A DNA stretch of 32,000 nt from Mycolicibacterium smegmatis (GTDB lineage Bacteria; Actinomycetota; Actinomycetes; Mycobacteriales; Mycobacteriaceae). A model generated the notes under the pieces. That model worked only from the letters and a program-made list of their open reading frames with translations, was not told the DNA's origin and searched no databases. Below are positions 18,727-28,292 of the stretch, piece by piece. Each line of letters starts with the position of its first letter. Position 1 is the stretch's first letter. Location of the stretch: the NCBI RefSeq assembly GCF_001457595.1, contig NZ_LN831039.1:6270001-6302000 (forward strand), read 5' to 3'. The position numbers were made by a program, and so were the translations under genes.

Positions 18727-20035
18727 TCCAGTTGCCGTGGAAGCCGTATGGCACCCGCCGCGGCAGTTCGATTCTGGCGACGGGCTTTCCGCCGAAATCG
18801 GAGGCGTCCAGGATCACCAGGTCGCTGCCGTCGCGCTCGGGGTCGTAGACGTAGCCCAGGTACCAGCCGTTCGACTCGTCGGCCGGGCCGGCACCGGGGA
18901 CGAACACGGCCTCGCCCGGTCCGCCGGTCCCGAGGTCGTGGCGCTGCGCGTCGCCGGTGGTCATGTCGTAGCGCACCCAGCCGTGGTCCCCGACGGCGAC
19001 CGAGTAGCGGGCGTGCAGACCCGCCAACCGGTCGTCGATGCGGGGGAATTCGACGGCGAGGTCGTCGAGTTGGCGTTCGGTGACGGCCCCGGTCTGCAGG
19101 TCGATCGTCCAGCTCCACAGCACGGCCTGCGCGTCGAAGCTTCCGTTGTCACGCCACAGCTCGGGGTACCGGACCGCCTGTACCACAACGGTGTTGCCGT
19201 GCTCATAGGCGTTGACGACATGGAAGATGTAGCACGGGTCGATGTCGAACCAGCGGATCTCGCCGAACGGATCGTCGCGGCGCAACAGCCCGAACCGCGC
19301 GCCGTAGGTGTCGCTCCACCGGTAGGGCATGTCACCCGTGCCCTTGAGCGCGATGTCGAGGTCGAACACCACCGGCAGGTCCATGAAGATCACGTGCCCG
19401 GAGGTCATGGCGAAGTCGTGCATCATGGTGTGCGCCTTGACATCCACGGGCCGGTTGACGGTGAGCTCGCCGTCGGCGTCGGCGCGGTGGTAGGTCACAT
19501 ACGGCTTGAAGAGGCTTCCGTAGCCGAAGAAGTGCATCTCCCCGGTGGTGGGGCAGATCTTCGGGTGCGCGGTCATGGAGTCGACGAGCTTGCCGCCGAA
19601 GTCGTAGGCGCCCACGGTCTCCAGTTCGCCCGTGATCTCGTACGGCAGTGAGGATTCCACGAGCGCGAGCGTCTTGCCCGCGTGGTTGACGATGTGCGTA
19701 TTGGCCACGGATGCACGGAGATTGCGGCTGCCGTCGGGGTTGTAGAGCGGGAAGCTCTCGATGAAGCTGTCGGTGCGCACCCAGCGGTTGCGGTACCACT
19801 TGGCGGCGCCGTTCTCGATGCGGACGCCGTGGATCATGCCGTCGCCGGTGAACCAGTGCGCGGTCGCCTGCCGCGGGTTCGGCCCGTTGCGCAGATACCA
19901 GCCGTCGAGTTCGGGCGGGATCGCGCCGGTCACCGGCAGGTCGTACTCGGTGAGTTCGTCGGGCACCGGCGCGTAGTTGCCCCGCCGGAAGAACTCGCCG
20001 GTGCCGGGCAGATTGGTGAGGTCGGTGTCGGTCAT
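18716..20035 (-). CDS. Carotenoid oxygenase (apocarotenoid/lignostilbene dioxygenase) family protein
   Basis: GWYLRNGPNPRQATAHWFTGDGMIHGVRIENG, TAHPKICPTTGEMHFFGY, YHFGF-type HDFAMTSGHVIFMDLPV, VNAYEHGN: four-His Fe(II) dioxygenase motifs. Confidence 0.92.
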   Translation of the reverse strand: MTDTDLTNLPGTGEFFRRGNYAPVPDELTEYDLPVTGAIPPELDGWYLRNGPNPRQATAHWFTGDGMIHGVRIENGAAKWYRNRWVRTDSFIESFPLYNPDGSRNLRASVANTHIVNHAGKTLALVESSLPYEITGELETVGAYDFGGKLVDSMTAHPKICPTTGEMHFFGYGSLFKPYVTYHRADADGELTVNRPVDVKAHTMMHDFAMTSGHVIFMDLPVVFDLDIALKGTGDMPYRWSDTYGARFGLLRRDDPFGEIRWFDIDPCYIFHVVNAYEHGNTVVVQAVRYPELWRDNGSFDAQAVLWSWTIDLQTGAVTERQLDDLAVEFPRIDDRLAGLHARYSVAVGDHGWVRYDMTTGDAQRHDLGTGGPGEAVFVPGAGPADESNGWYLGYVYDPERDGSDLVILDASDFGGKPVARIELPRRVPYGFHGNWISA

Positions 20036-20073
20036 GAGGTCTCCTCAACGGCGGGCCGTGACGCCTCCCACAC

Positions 20074-20097
20074 TGACATTCCATAAGTGACATGTCA
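20074..20097. promoter_or_regulatory. Candidate PadR operator in the divergent intergenic region
   Basis: TGACAT(20074-20079)-N8-TGACATGTCA(20088-20097), including a 10-bp perfect palindrome. The central ACAT/ATGT resembles PadR half-sites. Confidence 0.5.
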
Positions 20098-20120
20098 ATA
20101 GTGGAAGCTAAGATGCGTCC

Positions 20121-20645
20121 ATGAGCCTGCGCATGGCCGCACTCGGCCTGTTGGTACAGCAACCCGGTAGCGGATACGACCTGCTCAGACGGTTCGAGAA
20201 GTCGATGGCGAACGTCTGGCCCGCCACCCAGAGCCAGCTCTACGGCGAGCTCAACAAGCTCGCGGCAGCCGGCCTCATCGAGGTGTCTGCGGTCGGCCCG
20301 CGCGGCCGCAAGGAGTACCGGGCCACCGACGCGGGCCGCGCCGAACTGCTGCGCTGGATCACCAACCCGCAGGACGATCCGCCCGAGCGCAGCGCCGAAC
20401 TGCTGCGGGTGTTCCTGCTGGGTGAACTGCCACCCGAACAGGCCCGCGAGCACCTGCTGACGCTCGCGGCCCACTCGGACGGCGAGGTCGAACGGCTCCG
20501 GACGCTCGAGGCCGCGATCGACTGGGCCGATGAGCCGGGGGCCGATGTCTTCAGCCACGCCGCACTGGACTACGGGCTGCGCATGCACACCATGCAGGCC
20601 CAGTGGGCGCGCGACGTGGTCGCGCGGATGAACGCCAATCGATAG
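20121..20645 (+). CDS. PadR family transcriptional regulator
   Basis: MSLRMAALGLLVQQPGSGYDLLRRFEKSMANVWPATQSQLYGELNKLAAAGLIEVSAVGPRGRKEYRATDAGRAELLRW: PadR wHTH plus Vir_act_alpha_C-like C-terminus. Confidence 0.9.
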   Translation: MSLRMAALGLLVQQPGSGYDLLRRFEKSMANVWPATQSQLYGELNKLAAAGLIEVSAVGPRGRKEYRATDAGRAELLRWITNPQDDPPERSAELLRVFLLGELPPEQAREHLLTLAAHSDGEVERLRTLEAAIDWADEPGADVFSHAALDYGLRMHTMQAQWARDVVARMNANR

Positions 20646-20660
20646 CTCACCGTTGCATCG

Positions 20661-20696
20661 CCGATAGTTTCCGATATATCGTTGAGTTATCGGAAA
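20661..20696. promoter_or_regulatory. Candidate autoregulatory operator upstream of the second padR gene
   Basis: TTTCCGATA(20668-20676)-N11-TATCGGAAA(20688-20696), a 9-bp perfect inverted repeat, overlapping CGATATATCG(20672-20681), a 10-bp perfect palindrome. A further CCGATA lies at 20661. Confidence 0.6.
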
Positions 20697-20728
20697 ACGC
20701 ATCCGGCGTTTCAACGAAAGGAGCTTTC

Positions 20729-21469
20729 ATGAGCACCCCCTTCGCATTTCCCACCGGCGACTTCGGATTCGGCCCCGCCGGCCGTCGCGCCATGCTCCAC
20801 CACCGTCGAGCGGCCCGTCGCGAGTTCCGCGACCAGATGCGGGCGCATCTCCACGAGGCCCGCGAGCAGGCCCTCGACCCGCGCTGCGAGATGGGCGGGC
20901 CCGGCGGCCCCGGCCCCATGGGCGGACCGGGCCGCGGCTTCGGCGGGTTCGGGTTCGGCTTCGATCCGGGCGCGGGTTTCGGGTTCGGTCCGGGCGGACC
21001 GCGCGGACGCCGCGGCCACGGCCGCGGGCGGCGCGGCCGTCGCGGTGACGTGCGCGCCGCAATCCTGAAACTGTTGGCCGAGCGCCCCATGCACGGCTAC
21101 GAGATGATCCAGGAGATCGGCGAGCGCACCGACAACCTGTGGCGCCCCAGCCCCGGTTCGGTGTATCCCACACTGCAACTGCTGGTCGACGAGGGCCTGA
21201 TCAGCGGCACCGAGACCGAGGGCAGCAAGAAGCTGTTCGAACTCACCGAGGCAGGTCGCGCGGCCGCCGAGGCGATCGAGACCCCGCCGTGGGAGCAGAT
21301 CGCCGAAGACGTGGACCCGGCCGCGGTCAACCTGCGCGGGGCCATCGCCCAGTTGATGGGTGCGGTCGCCCAGTCGGCGTACACCGCGACCGAGGACCAG
21401 CAGCAACGCATCCTCGACGTGGTCAACAACGCCCGCCGCGAGATCTACCAGATCCTCGGCGAGGAGTGA
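20729..21469 (+). CDS. PadR family transcriptional regulator with Gly/Phe/Arg-rich N-terminal region
   Basis: C-terminal half: AAILKLLAERPMHGYEMIQEIGERTDNLWRPSPGSVYPTLQLLVDEGLISGTETEGSKKLFELTEAGR. Preceded by GGPGGPGPMGGPGRGFGGFGFGFDPGAGFGFG...RGRRGHGRGRRGRRGD. Confidence 0.88.
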   Translation: MSTPFAFPTGDFGFGPAGRRAMLHHRRAARREFRDQMRAHLHEAREQALDPRCEMGGPGGPGPMGGPGRGFGGFGFGFDPGAGFGFGPGGPRGRRGHGRGRRGRRGDVRAAILKLLAERPMHGYEMIQEIGERTDNLWRPSPGSVYPTLQLLVDEGLISGTETEGSKKLFELTEAGRAAAEAIETPPWEQIAEDVDPAAVNLRGAIAQLMGAVAQSAYTATEDQQQRILDVVNNARREIYQILGEE

Positions 21470-21489
21470 CCAACCCGTAGGCTGCCCAC

Positions 21490-22170
21490 GTGGACAGCCT
21501 CGTCACCGTGATCGTGCCGGCGTTCGTCGGCGTCCTGACCGCAGTCGCCGCCGTCATCGGCCTCGAATACCGGGATGTGGACGCCTTCGAGCGCCGGCGC
21601 GCGATCTGGCAGTGGTTGCTGGTGCTGCTCGCGACCGTCGCGACGGCGGGCGCCACCAACTCGGCCTCCGGCGTCGGACACCTCGTCACCGCGGCCGCCC
21701 TGGGAACGTTCGCCGCGGCCGCCGTGATCCTCGCGCACTTCATGTGGCGCAGGCGGGTTCCCGACGCCGAACCCCGCATCGTGGGGCTCGCGACGTCGGC
21801 CGCGGTGCTCGCGGTCCTGGTCGTGGCCAGCTCGGTGACGCTCACCTATGTGCAGGGCAAGAGTTGCCGCCAGGCCGATCCGCTCATCCAATCCAGCCTG
21901 GCCAGTTCGGGTTTCATCCTGCCGGTATTCGACGCCAACCAGGGCCCCACGAAGGGCGACTTCGACAACTGGTCGAGGCTGATCCGCGAGCAGGCCCAGG
22001 CTGTCACCGCAGGCGGAGAGGTGGCCGAAAGCGCCGGGCACATCGGCGAACTGGCAGGCCAGATCACCGACGCCGTGCGGTCGGACGACCGTGGCACCCA
22101 CGCCATGCTGGGCGCGCAGTACTACGACGAACTGAAGGTCCTGCTCACCAAGTGCCACCCACAGGGGTAG
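21490..22170 (+). CDS. Conserved membrane protein of unknown function (226 aa)
   Basis: MDSLVTVIVPAFVGVLTAVAAVIGLEYRDVDAFERRRAIWQWLLVLLATVATAG...: four predicted TM segments. Convergent with glpK (3-bp gap). Confidence 0.65.
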   Translation: MDSLVTVIVPAFVGVLTAVAAVIGLEYRDVDAFERRRAIWQWLLVLLATVATAGATNSASGVGHLVTAAALGTFAAAAVILAHFMWRRRVPDAEPRIVGLATSAAVLAVLVVASSVTLTYVQGKSCRQADPLIQSSLASSGFILPVFDANQGPTKGDFDNWSRLIREQAQAVTAGGEVAESAGHIGELAGQITDAVRSDDRGTHAMLGAQYYDELKVLLTKCHPQG

Positions 22171-22173
22171 TGG

Positions 22174-23691
22174 TCACTCGATCTCGACCCAGTCGAGGGT
22201 GCGCTGAACGGCCTTCTGCCAGCCCGCGTATCCCTTCTCGCGTTGCTCATCCGACCACTGCGGCGACCAGCGCTTGTCCTCCTGCCAGTTGGCCCGCAAG
22301 TCGTCGGCGTTCTCCCAGAAGCCCACCGCCAGACCGGCCGCGTACGCCGCACCGAGCGCGGTGGTCTCGGCGACCACGGGCTTGACCACGTCGACGCCGA
22401 GCACGTCGGCCTGGATCTGCATGCACAGCGCGTTGGCGGTGATCCCACCGTCGACCTTGAGAACCTCAAGGTGCACACCGGAATCCGCCTCCATGGCGTC
22501 GACCACGTCGCGGCTCTGATAGCAGATCGACTCCAGCGTCGCACGCGCCAGGTGCGCGTTGGTGTTGAACCGCGACAGGCCCACGATCGCGCCGCGCGCG
22601 TCGCTGCGCCAGTACGGCGCGAACAGGCCGGAGAAGGCGGGCACGAAGTACACGCCGCCGTTGTCGCTGACCTGCCGCGCCAGCGACTCGCTCTGCGACG
22701 CACCGCTGATGATGCCCAACTGGTCGCGCAACCACTGCACAGCCGATCCGGTCACCGCGATGGAACCCTCAAGCGCGTAAACCGGTTTCGAGTCGCCGAA
22801 CTGGTAGCACACCGTGGTCAGCAGACCGTTGTCCGAGCGCACGATCTTCTCACCGGTGTTGAGCAGCAGGAAATTGCCGGTGCCATAGGTGTTCTTGGCC
22901 TCGCCGGCCTCCAGGCACACCTGGCCGACCATCGCGGCCTGCTGGTCACCGAGGATGCCGGTCAGCGGCACCTGCCCGGCCAGCGGACCGTCGTCACGCG
23001 TGATGCCGTACGACTCCGGATACGACGACGGCTTGATCTCGGGCAGCATCCGGCGCGGAATCCCGAAGAACGACAACAGTTCGTCGTCCCAGTCGAGGGT
23101 CTCCAGGTTCATCAGCATGGTGCGGCTGGCGTTGGTGACGTCGGTGACGTGCACGCCGCCGCGCGTACCGCCGGTGAGGTTCCACACCAGCCAACTGTCG
23201 GCGGTCCCGAAGATCGCGTCGCCCTTCTCGGCGTCCTCGCGGACCCCCGGCACGTTGTCCAGGATCCACTGGATCTTGCCGCCCGAGAAGTACGTCGCGG
23301 GCGGCAGACCGGCCTTGCGCCGGATGACGTCACCGCGGCCGTCACGGTCGAGTGCCGCGGCGATGCTGTCGGTGCGGGTGTCCTGCCACACGATCGCGTT
23401 GTAGTAGGGCCTGCCGGTGTGCCGGTTCCACACCAGCGACGTCTCGCGCTGGTTGGTGATGCCCAGCGCGGCCAGGTCGGAGGCCTGCAGATTCGTCCGG
23501 TTGAGTGCGGTCATCACCACCGATGCGGTGCGCTCCCAGATCTCCACCGGGTTGTGCTCGACCCAGCCCGCCCTGGGCAGGATCTGCTCGTGTTCGAGCT
23601 GGTGGCGGCCCACTTCGGCGCCGTCATGGTCGAAGATCATGCACCGCGTGCTCGTGGTGCCCTGGTCGATCGCTGCGACGAAATCGGCCAC
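22174..23691 (-). CDS. glpK: Glycerol kinase
   Basis: [24 protein letters not shown]...[11 protein letters not shown]...[33 protein letters not shown]...[14 protein letters not shown]: FGGY/GlpK motifs. GTG start. Confidence 0.95.
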   Translation of the reverse strand: MADFVAAIDQGTTSTRCMIFDHDGAEVGRHQLEHEQILPRAGWVEHNPVEIWERTASVVMTALNRTNLQASDLAALGITNQRETSLVWNRHTGRPYYNAIVWQDTRTDSIAAALDRDGRGDVIRRKAGLPPATYFSGGKIQWILDNVPGVREDAEKGDAIFGTADSWLVWNLTGGTRGGVHVTDVTNASRTMLMNLETLDWDDELLSFFGIPRRMLPEIKPSSYPESYGITRDDGPLAGQVPLTGILGDQQAAMVGQVCLEAGEAKNTYGTGNFLLLNTGEKIVRSDNGLLTTVCYQFGDSKPVYALEGSIAVTGSAVQWLRDQLGIISGASQSESLARQVSDNGGVYFVPAFSGLFAPYWRSDARGAIVGLSRFNTNAHLARATLESICYQSRDVVDAMEADSGVHLEVLKVDGGITANALCMQIQADVLGVDVVKPVVAETTALGAAYAAGLAVGFWENADDLRANWQEDKRWSPQWSDEQREKGYAGWQKAVQRTLDWVEIE

Positions 23692-23737
23692 TGTGCCCCT
23701 TTCGGGTCGCTCGCTCCTGCCGTATCGAAGGTCCATC

Positions 23738-24493
23738 ATGGCCTACATGGCCACCTCCACAGCCGATATCGCCGCCATGCCGCGCGGCGGGCCGCGCGCC
23801 TCCTGTCTGGACCGGCTGCTGCAGACCGATCGGCTGGAGTATCTGGACCGCGACGATGTCGATCAGCGCGTGAAGCGCAGCGTCGTGCGGGCCCTGGAGT
23901 GGACCGGCGACATGTTCGGCAACCACGAGAAGTTCGCGGCGATCGCGCTGGATCTGCTGGCCGAGGTGCCCGACCCGCGGATTCTCGAGCTCGGCGCGGG
24001 CCACGGCAGCGTGTCGCGCCGGCTGCTGGCCAACCACCCCACCGCGCACGTGACCGTCACCGACGTCGACCCGGCCGCGGTGGCCGTGATGGCCGACGGC
24101 GAGCTGGGTGATCATCCGCGCGCGGTGGTGCGTGCGATGGACGCCACCGACATCGACGCCGACGACGGCTCGTTCGATCTGGCGCTGTTCGCGTTGTCGT
24201 TTCACCACCTGTCCCCCGCTCAGGCCGCCGCGGTGTTCGCCGAGGGCACGCGGGTGGCGCGCACGCTGCTGATCATCGACCTGCCGCGCCCGCCCGCGCC
24301 GCTGCATCTGCTGCGACTGGCGACGATGCTGCCGCTCGCGCCGCTGGTGCCGTTCGTGCACGACGGCGTGATCAGCTCGCTGCGGTGTTACAGCCCGTCG
24401 GCCCTGCGGGCGCTGGCCGCGCACGCGGGCGTCACGGTCGAATTGCGCGGCGGCCTGACCACGCCGCAGATCGCGATCGCCCGGCGGGCCTAA
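23738..24493 (+). CDS. Class I SAM-dependent methyltransferase
   Basis: [18 protein letters not shown] (motif I), [11 protein letters not shown] (motif II), [13 protein letters not shown] (motif IV). Confidence 0.85.
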   Translation: MAYMATSTADIAAMPRGGPRASCLDRLLQTDRLEYLDRDDVDQRVKRSVVRALEWTGDMFGNHEKFAAIALDLLAEVPDPRILELGAGHGSVSRRLLANHPTAHVTVTDVDPAAVAVMADGELGDHPRAVVRAMDATDIDADDGSFDLALFALSFHHLSPAQAAAVFAEGTRVARTLLIIDLPRPPAPLHLLRLATMLPLAPLVPFVHDGVISSLRCYSPSALRALAAHAGVTVELRGGLTTPQIAIARRA

Positions 24494-25641
24494 CGACGCG
24501 GGCGCGTCAGCCGGTGCAGCACCCACGCCACCGGGATCGTCGCCGCCAGCGTCGCCGCGAACAGCCCGGCCGCCCACCCGGTGTAGACGTGCCAGCCCAG
24601 CACGAACTCCATGACCAGGTCCATCACCACCACGTGCAGGAGGAAGATCTCGTAGGAGATCTCGCCCAGCCACACCATGGGCCTGCTCGCCATCACGCGC
24701 GCGTAGAACCCGGTGGACCCCAGCGCGAGCGGCGCCACCATCAGCGTGGCGATCACCGCGTAGAACATCGTCTTGGTGATGTCCTCACCCAGCGTCAGCG
24801 TGAACGCCGTCGTCGTTCCCGCGATCGGCGTCGACACCACCAGGTAACCCGCCACGGCGACCGGCAGCACCGCGGCGGCGTGGCACCGCACGCCCATGGT
24901 GGCCAGCACCGCGAGCATCATGCCGCCGATGAACCACACCAGATAGTGCGGCAGCCACGCGCCTGCGCTCACCGGCAGCCGCCCGGCGTGCGACGCGACC
25001 AGCCACAACGGGCTGACCGCGCCGAGCACCGCCAGCCCGCCGAGTAGCCGCCACGGCCGGAAGTGCCTGCGGCACAACACCACCAGCAGCACGTACGCCA
25101 GCAGCGGCAGGGCCGCGTAGAACGTCACCTCGACCGCGAGGCTCCACATCTGCGTCAGCCCCTGATGCAGATAGCTGGTGTAGTAGTCGCCGCGGTAGAT
25201 CTGCGTGAGCGTCAGGTGGCGCCACAGCCCGGTCCAGGTGTGCCCCGGGTTCGGTTCGACGCTGCGCAGTTCGTAGATGCCGAACACCAGCAGCACCGTG
25301 ACCACATAGGCGGGCATGATGCGGCGGACCCGGCTGCGCGCATACCGTCGCACGCTCGGCGCCTGCGCACCGGTGGCCACGGCCCGCACCCACGGGCGGA
25401 ACAACAGCAGCCCGGACAGCACGAAGAAGATCGCGACGCCGATCTCCAGACGCGCACCGAGCAGTCCGACGTAGCCGTGCGTCAGCAGGCCGGTGCCGTA
25501 GGCCGCGTGCGTGCCCATCACCGTGAGCGCCGCGACGGCCCGCACGCCGGTCAGTGACGCGATGCGGTCGGCACGCGAAACCTGTTCGAGTCCCCCTTGG
25601 TCGGCCCCGTCGGTGGGGTCGGGGCCCGGCGCCGCTGCCAC
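24490..25641 (-). CDS. Acyltransferase 3 family (OafA/YrhL-like) membrane protein
   Basis: RIASLTGVRAVAALTVMGTHAAYGTG...EIGVAIFFVLSGLLLFRPWV...LTQMWSLAVEVTFYAALPLLA: acyltransferase 3 motifs. Confidence 0.92.
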   Translation of the reverse strand: MAAAPGPDPTDGADQGGLEQVSRADRIASLTGVRAVAALTVMGTHAAYGTGLLTHGYVGLLGARLEIGVAIFFVLSGLLLFRPWVRAVATGAQAPSVRRYARSRVRRIMPAYVVTVLLVFGIYELRSVEPNPGHTWTGLWRHLTLTQIYRGDYYTSYLHQGLTQMWSLAVEVTFYAALPLLAYVLLVVLCRRHFRPWRLLGGLAVLGAVSPLWLVASHAGRLPVSAGAWLPHYLVWFIGGMMLAVLATMGVRCHAAAVLPVAVAGYLVVSTPIAGTTTAFTLTLGEDITKTMFYAVIATLMVAPLALGSTGFYARVMASRPMVWLGEISYEIFLLHVVVMDLVMEFVLGWHVYTGWAAGLFAATLAATIPVAWVLHRLTRPRR

Positions 25642-25671
25642 CGCGTCAGTATGCGGCCCCGGGGGCGGGCA

Positions 25672-27333
25672 TCACTTCCCGGCCATCACCACGCGTTCGT
25701 TCGGCACACAGTGCGTCATCGTGAGCCCGGTGACGTCGCGCGGACCGTTCTTGCCGAGGTTCTGCCTGCGCTTCTCCTCGGCGTCCGAAAGGGTCTGCGA
25801 TTTCAGGGGTTCCAGGTCGCGCACGTCGTCGACCGTGATGCCGAGGCCTTCCCCGACGCGGAGGCCGAGTTCGTCGTCGCACATCAGGAAGTGCCAGACC
25901 ATGCGTTCCTGCACCTCGCGGGTGGCCTCGGAGATGTTGGTGACGAAGTTCTTCACCAGGTCGTCCTTCTCCCACTGGTCCATCAGCTGATAACGCTGAC
26001 CGGCCTGCTCGTAGTCGTTGGTACGTGGGATGCGCTTGCGGGTGATGCGTCCGCTGAACTCCGGCCCGTACTCGTCGGCCGTCGGCGCCTGCGCCTCCCG
26101 CAGACCGCCGGTGATCGACGGCTCGTAGTTGACGTGCGGGTTGGCGCCGTTGTTGTCGACGCCGTACTGCATGGGCCCACCCTGCTGATTGGTGGCGACC
26201 TTGGCGTTCTTGGGCCGGTTCACCGGCAGCTGCAGATAGTTGGGGCCCACCCGGTAGCGCTGGGTGTCCGAGTAGGAGAACGAGCGCCCGATCAGCATCT
26301 TGTCCTCGGAGAAGTCCATCCCGTCGACCAGCACGCCGGTGCCCATCGCCAGTTGCTCGTTGTCGTTGAAGAAGTTGTCGACGTTGCGGTTCAACACCAT
26401 CCGGCCGACCAGCTTGGGCGGGAAGTCGTTCTCGGGCCACACCTTGGTGTCGTCGAGCGGGTCCCAGTCCAGTTCGGGATGCTCGTCGTCGCTCATGATC
26501 TGCACGAGCAGTTCCCATTCCGGGTAGTCGCCGCGCTCGATGGCTTCGTAGAGATCCTTGGTGGCACTGCCGAGTTCGGTCGCCTGGATCGCCGCCGCAT
26601 CGTCCTCGGTGAGGCTCTTGACGCCCGCCTTGGGCATCCAGTGGTACTTGACCAGATGGGTCTGCCCCTCGGCGTTGACCCAGCGGTAGGTGTTGACGCC
26701 GAATCCCTGCATGGTCCGGTAATTGGCCGGGATGCCGCGCGGCGAGAACAGGTTGACCAGCATGTGCATGCACTCGGGCGTCTGCGACATGAAGTCGAAG
26801 ATGCGCGCGGGTTCCTGGTGGTGGGTGACCGGATCCGGCTTCAGCGAGTGGATGACGTCCGGGAACTTGATCGCGTCGCGGATGAAGAACACCGCCAGGT
26901 TGTTGCCCACCAGGTCCCAGTTGCCGTCCTCGGTGTAGAACTTGACCGCGAAACCGCGCGGATCACGCGCCACCTCCGACGAGTCGCGCCCCCCGATCAC
27001 CGTCGACAACCGGATCGCCAGATCGGTGCGCTTACCCGGGGTGTTGAACAGCTTGGCGCGGGTGTACCGCTCGATCGGTTCGTCGCCCCATTTGCCGGTG
27101 GCCTCGAAGTAACCGAAGGCCACCGCGCCGCGGGCGTGCACCACCCGCTCCGGGATGCGTTCCCGGTCGAAATGGCTCATCTTCTCCAGGAAGTGATAGT
27201 TCTCCATGGTCGCCGGGCCGCGGGCGCCGACGGACCGCTGGTTCTGGTTGTCGAAGATCGGGTGGCCCTGCCGATCGGTCAGCACATCACGGGTGTCGTC
27301 GGGATCGGGCGGTTGGGCGGAAACGTCGGTCAT
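25672..27333 (-). CDS. katA: Heme catalase KatA
   Basis: [35 protein letters not shown] (active-site His), [42 protein letters not shown]: mono-functional catalase signatures. Confidence 0.96.
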   Translation of the reverse strand: MTDVSAQPPDPDDTRDVLTDRQGHPIFDNQNQRSVGARGPATMENYHFLEKMSHFDRERIPERVVHARGAVAFGYFEATGKWGDEPIERYTRAKLFNTPGKRTDLAIRLSTVIGGRDSSEVARDPRGFAVKFYTEDGNWDLVGNNLAVFFIRDAIKFPDVIHSLKPDPVTHHQEPARIFDFMSQTPECMHMLVNLFSPRGIPANYRTMQGFGVNTYRWVNAEGQTHLVKYHWMPKAGVKSLTEDDAAAIQATELGSATKDLYEAIERGDYPEWELLVQIMSDDEHPELDWDPLDDTKVWPENDFPPKLVGRMVLNRNVDNFFNDNEQLAMGTGVLVDGMDFSEDKMLIGRSFSYSDTQRYRVGPNYLQLPVNRPKNAKVATNQQGGPMQYGVDNNGANPHVNYEPSITGGLREAQAPTADEYGPEFSGRITRKRIPRTNDYEQAGQRYQLMDQWEKDDLVKNFVTNISEATREVQERMVWHFLMCDDELGLRVGEGLGITVDDVRDLEPLKSQTLSDAEEKRRQNLGKNGPRDVTGLTMTHCVPNERVVMAGK

Positions 27334-27403
27334 CTCAAGCTCCTATGCGTTCGGTGGAACACGCGAACTGCCGACTTCGCGCGCCCCGGGCCAACCCGCC
27401 GCG

Positions 27404-27428
27404 TTCCCCGCCACGCCGATGTTCAAAC
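27404..27428 (-). promoter_or_regulatory. Weak SigF-like promoter candidate for katA
   Basis: Minus strand GTTT-N15-GGGGAA: perfect -35, 4/6 match to GGGTAT at -10, about 70 nt upstream of the katA ATG. Confidence 0.35.
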
Positions 27429-28229
27429 GGTGACCGACTCTCCTCTTCCCAGCTCGACCACGCGCTCACCCATCCCCCGCCGGGCCATTTCTTCGCGGAA
27501 ATCGCTCAGCGGCGACGCGAACACGCCGTAGTCGTCGAAGTGCACCGGGATCACCTTGCCGGGTTCGAGCAGTTCGGCCAGGTCGGCCCCTTGCCTGCCG
27601 TCCATCGTCACGGTCAGCCCGAACGGCAGGTGCCTGCCGAACGGCAACCGTGTGCCGCCGAGGTGCAGGATGCCCGCGTCGATCGAGGTGAACCGGGCCG
27701 GGATCTCGTCGAGTTCCTCGACGAACAGCGTGTCACCGGAGATGTAGAGCCTTCGTGTGGCGCCGCCTTCCGCGACCCCCTCGGTGACCTCGATCATCGA
27801 ACCCATCACGGGCGGCAGCACGCGGTGCACCGGCGCGGGGGCGTGCCTGCCGGGCAGCGAGGTCACCGTGACCGTGGTGGCGCCCTTGGTGATCGTGTGG
27901 GTCTGCCACGTCGTCATCGGCACCGTCGCCTCAAATCCGCGGTGGGACAGGCGCTTCGCGGCATTCGGTGTGGTGAGGATCGGCAGCGTGTGGTCCAGGC
28001 CGGCCTGGGCCACACGGTCCCAGTGGTCGCCGTGCATGTGCGAGAGCACCACGGCGTCGAGCGGCGGCAGCTCGTCGATCGAGTACGCCGGTTCCCGCAG
28101 CCGCTTGGACATCAGCCCGTACCCCAGGTAGGCGTGCTGGCCCTGGTGCAGGAAGTTCGGGTCGGTGAGCAGGGTGACGTCACCGGCCGAGATCAGCGTG
28201 GTGGCGTTGCCGACGAACGTGATGTCCAT
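27423..28229 (-). CDS. MBL-fold metal-dependent hydrolase (UlaG/NAPE-PLD-like)
   Basis: MDITFVGNATTLISAGDVTLLTDPNFL...LDAVVLSHMHGDHWDRV...LYISGDTLF...VIPVHFDDYGVF: HxHxDH and downstream metal ligands. Confidence 0.9.
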   Translation of the reverse strand: MDITFVGNATTLISAGDVTLLTDPNFLHQGQHAYLGYGLMSKRLREPAYSIDELPPLDAVVLSHMHGDHWDRVAQAGLDHTLPILTTPNAAKRLSHRGFEATVPMTTWQTHTITKGATTVTVTSLPGRHAPAPVHRVLPPVMGSMIEVTEGVAEGGATRRLYISGDTLFVEELDEIPARFTSIDAGILHLGGTRLPFGRHLPFGLTVTMDGRQGADLAELLEPGKVIPVHFDDYGVFASPLSDFREEMARRGMGERVVELGRGESVTV

Positions 28230-28292
28230 TGGCCCCGTCTACCCATCGGATTGGGGTTTATTCGCGATTCTGTTGCGCAAACGTCAGCGACG

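Noticed and set aside
22243-24111. 622-aa plus-strand ORF opposite glpK and the start of the methyltransferase gene
   Set aside because: Mirror ORF caused by high GC and third-position bias. The translation is low-complexity Arg/Ala/Gly/Leu-rich, and it is fully antisense to a clear glycerol kinase.
25597-27531. 644-aa plus-strand ORF opposite katA
   Set aside because: Antisense shadow of the strongly supported catalase gene. No recognisable domain or RBS.
27345-28292. N-terminal extension of the track ORF 27345-29777
   Set aside because: The 316 residues upstream of MLHHVVGEEVKRTEYTRAHRQEYRRK are antisense to the MBL-fold gene and unlike GCS2 proteins. The real start is 28293 or 28308.
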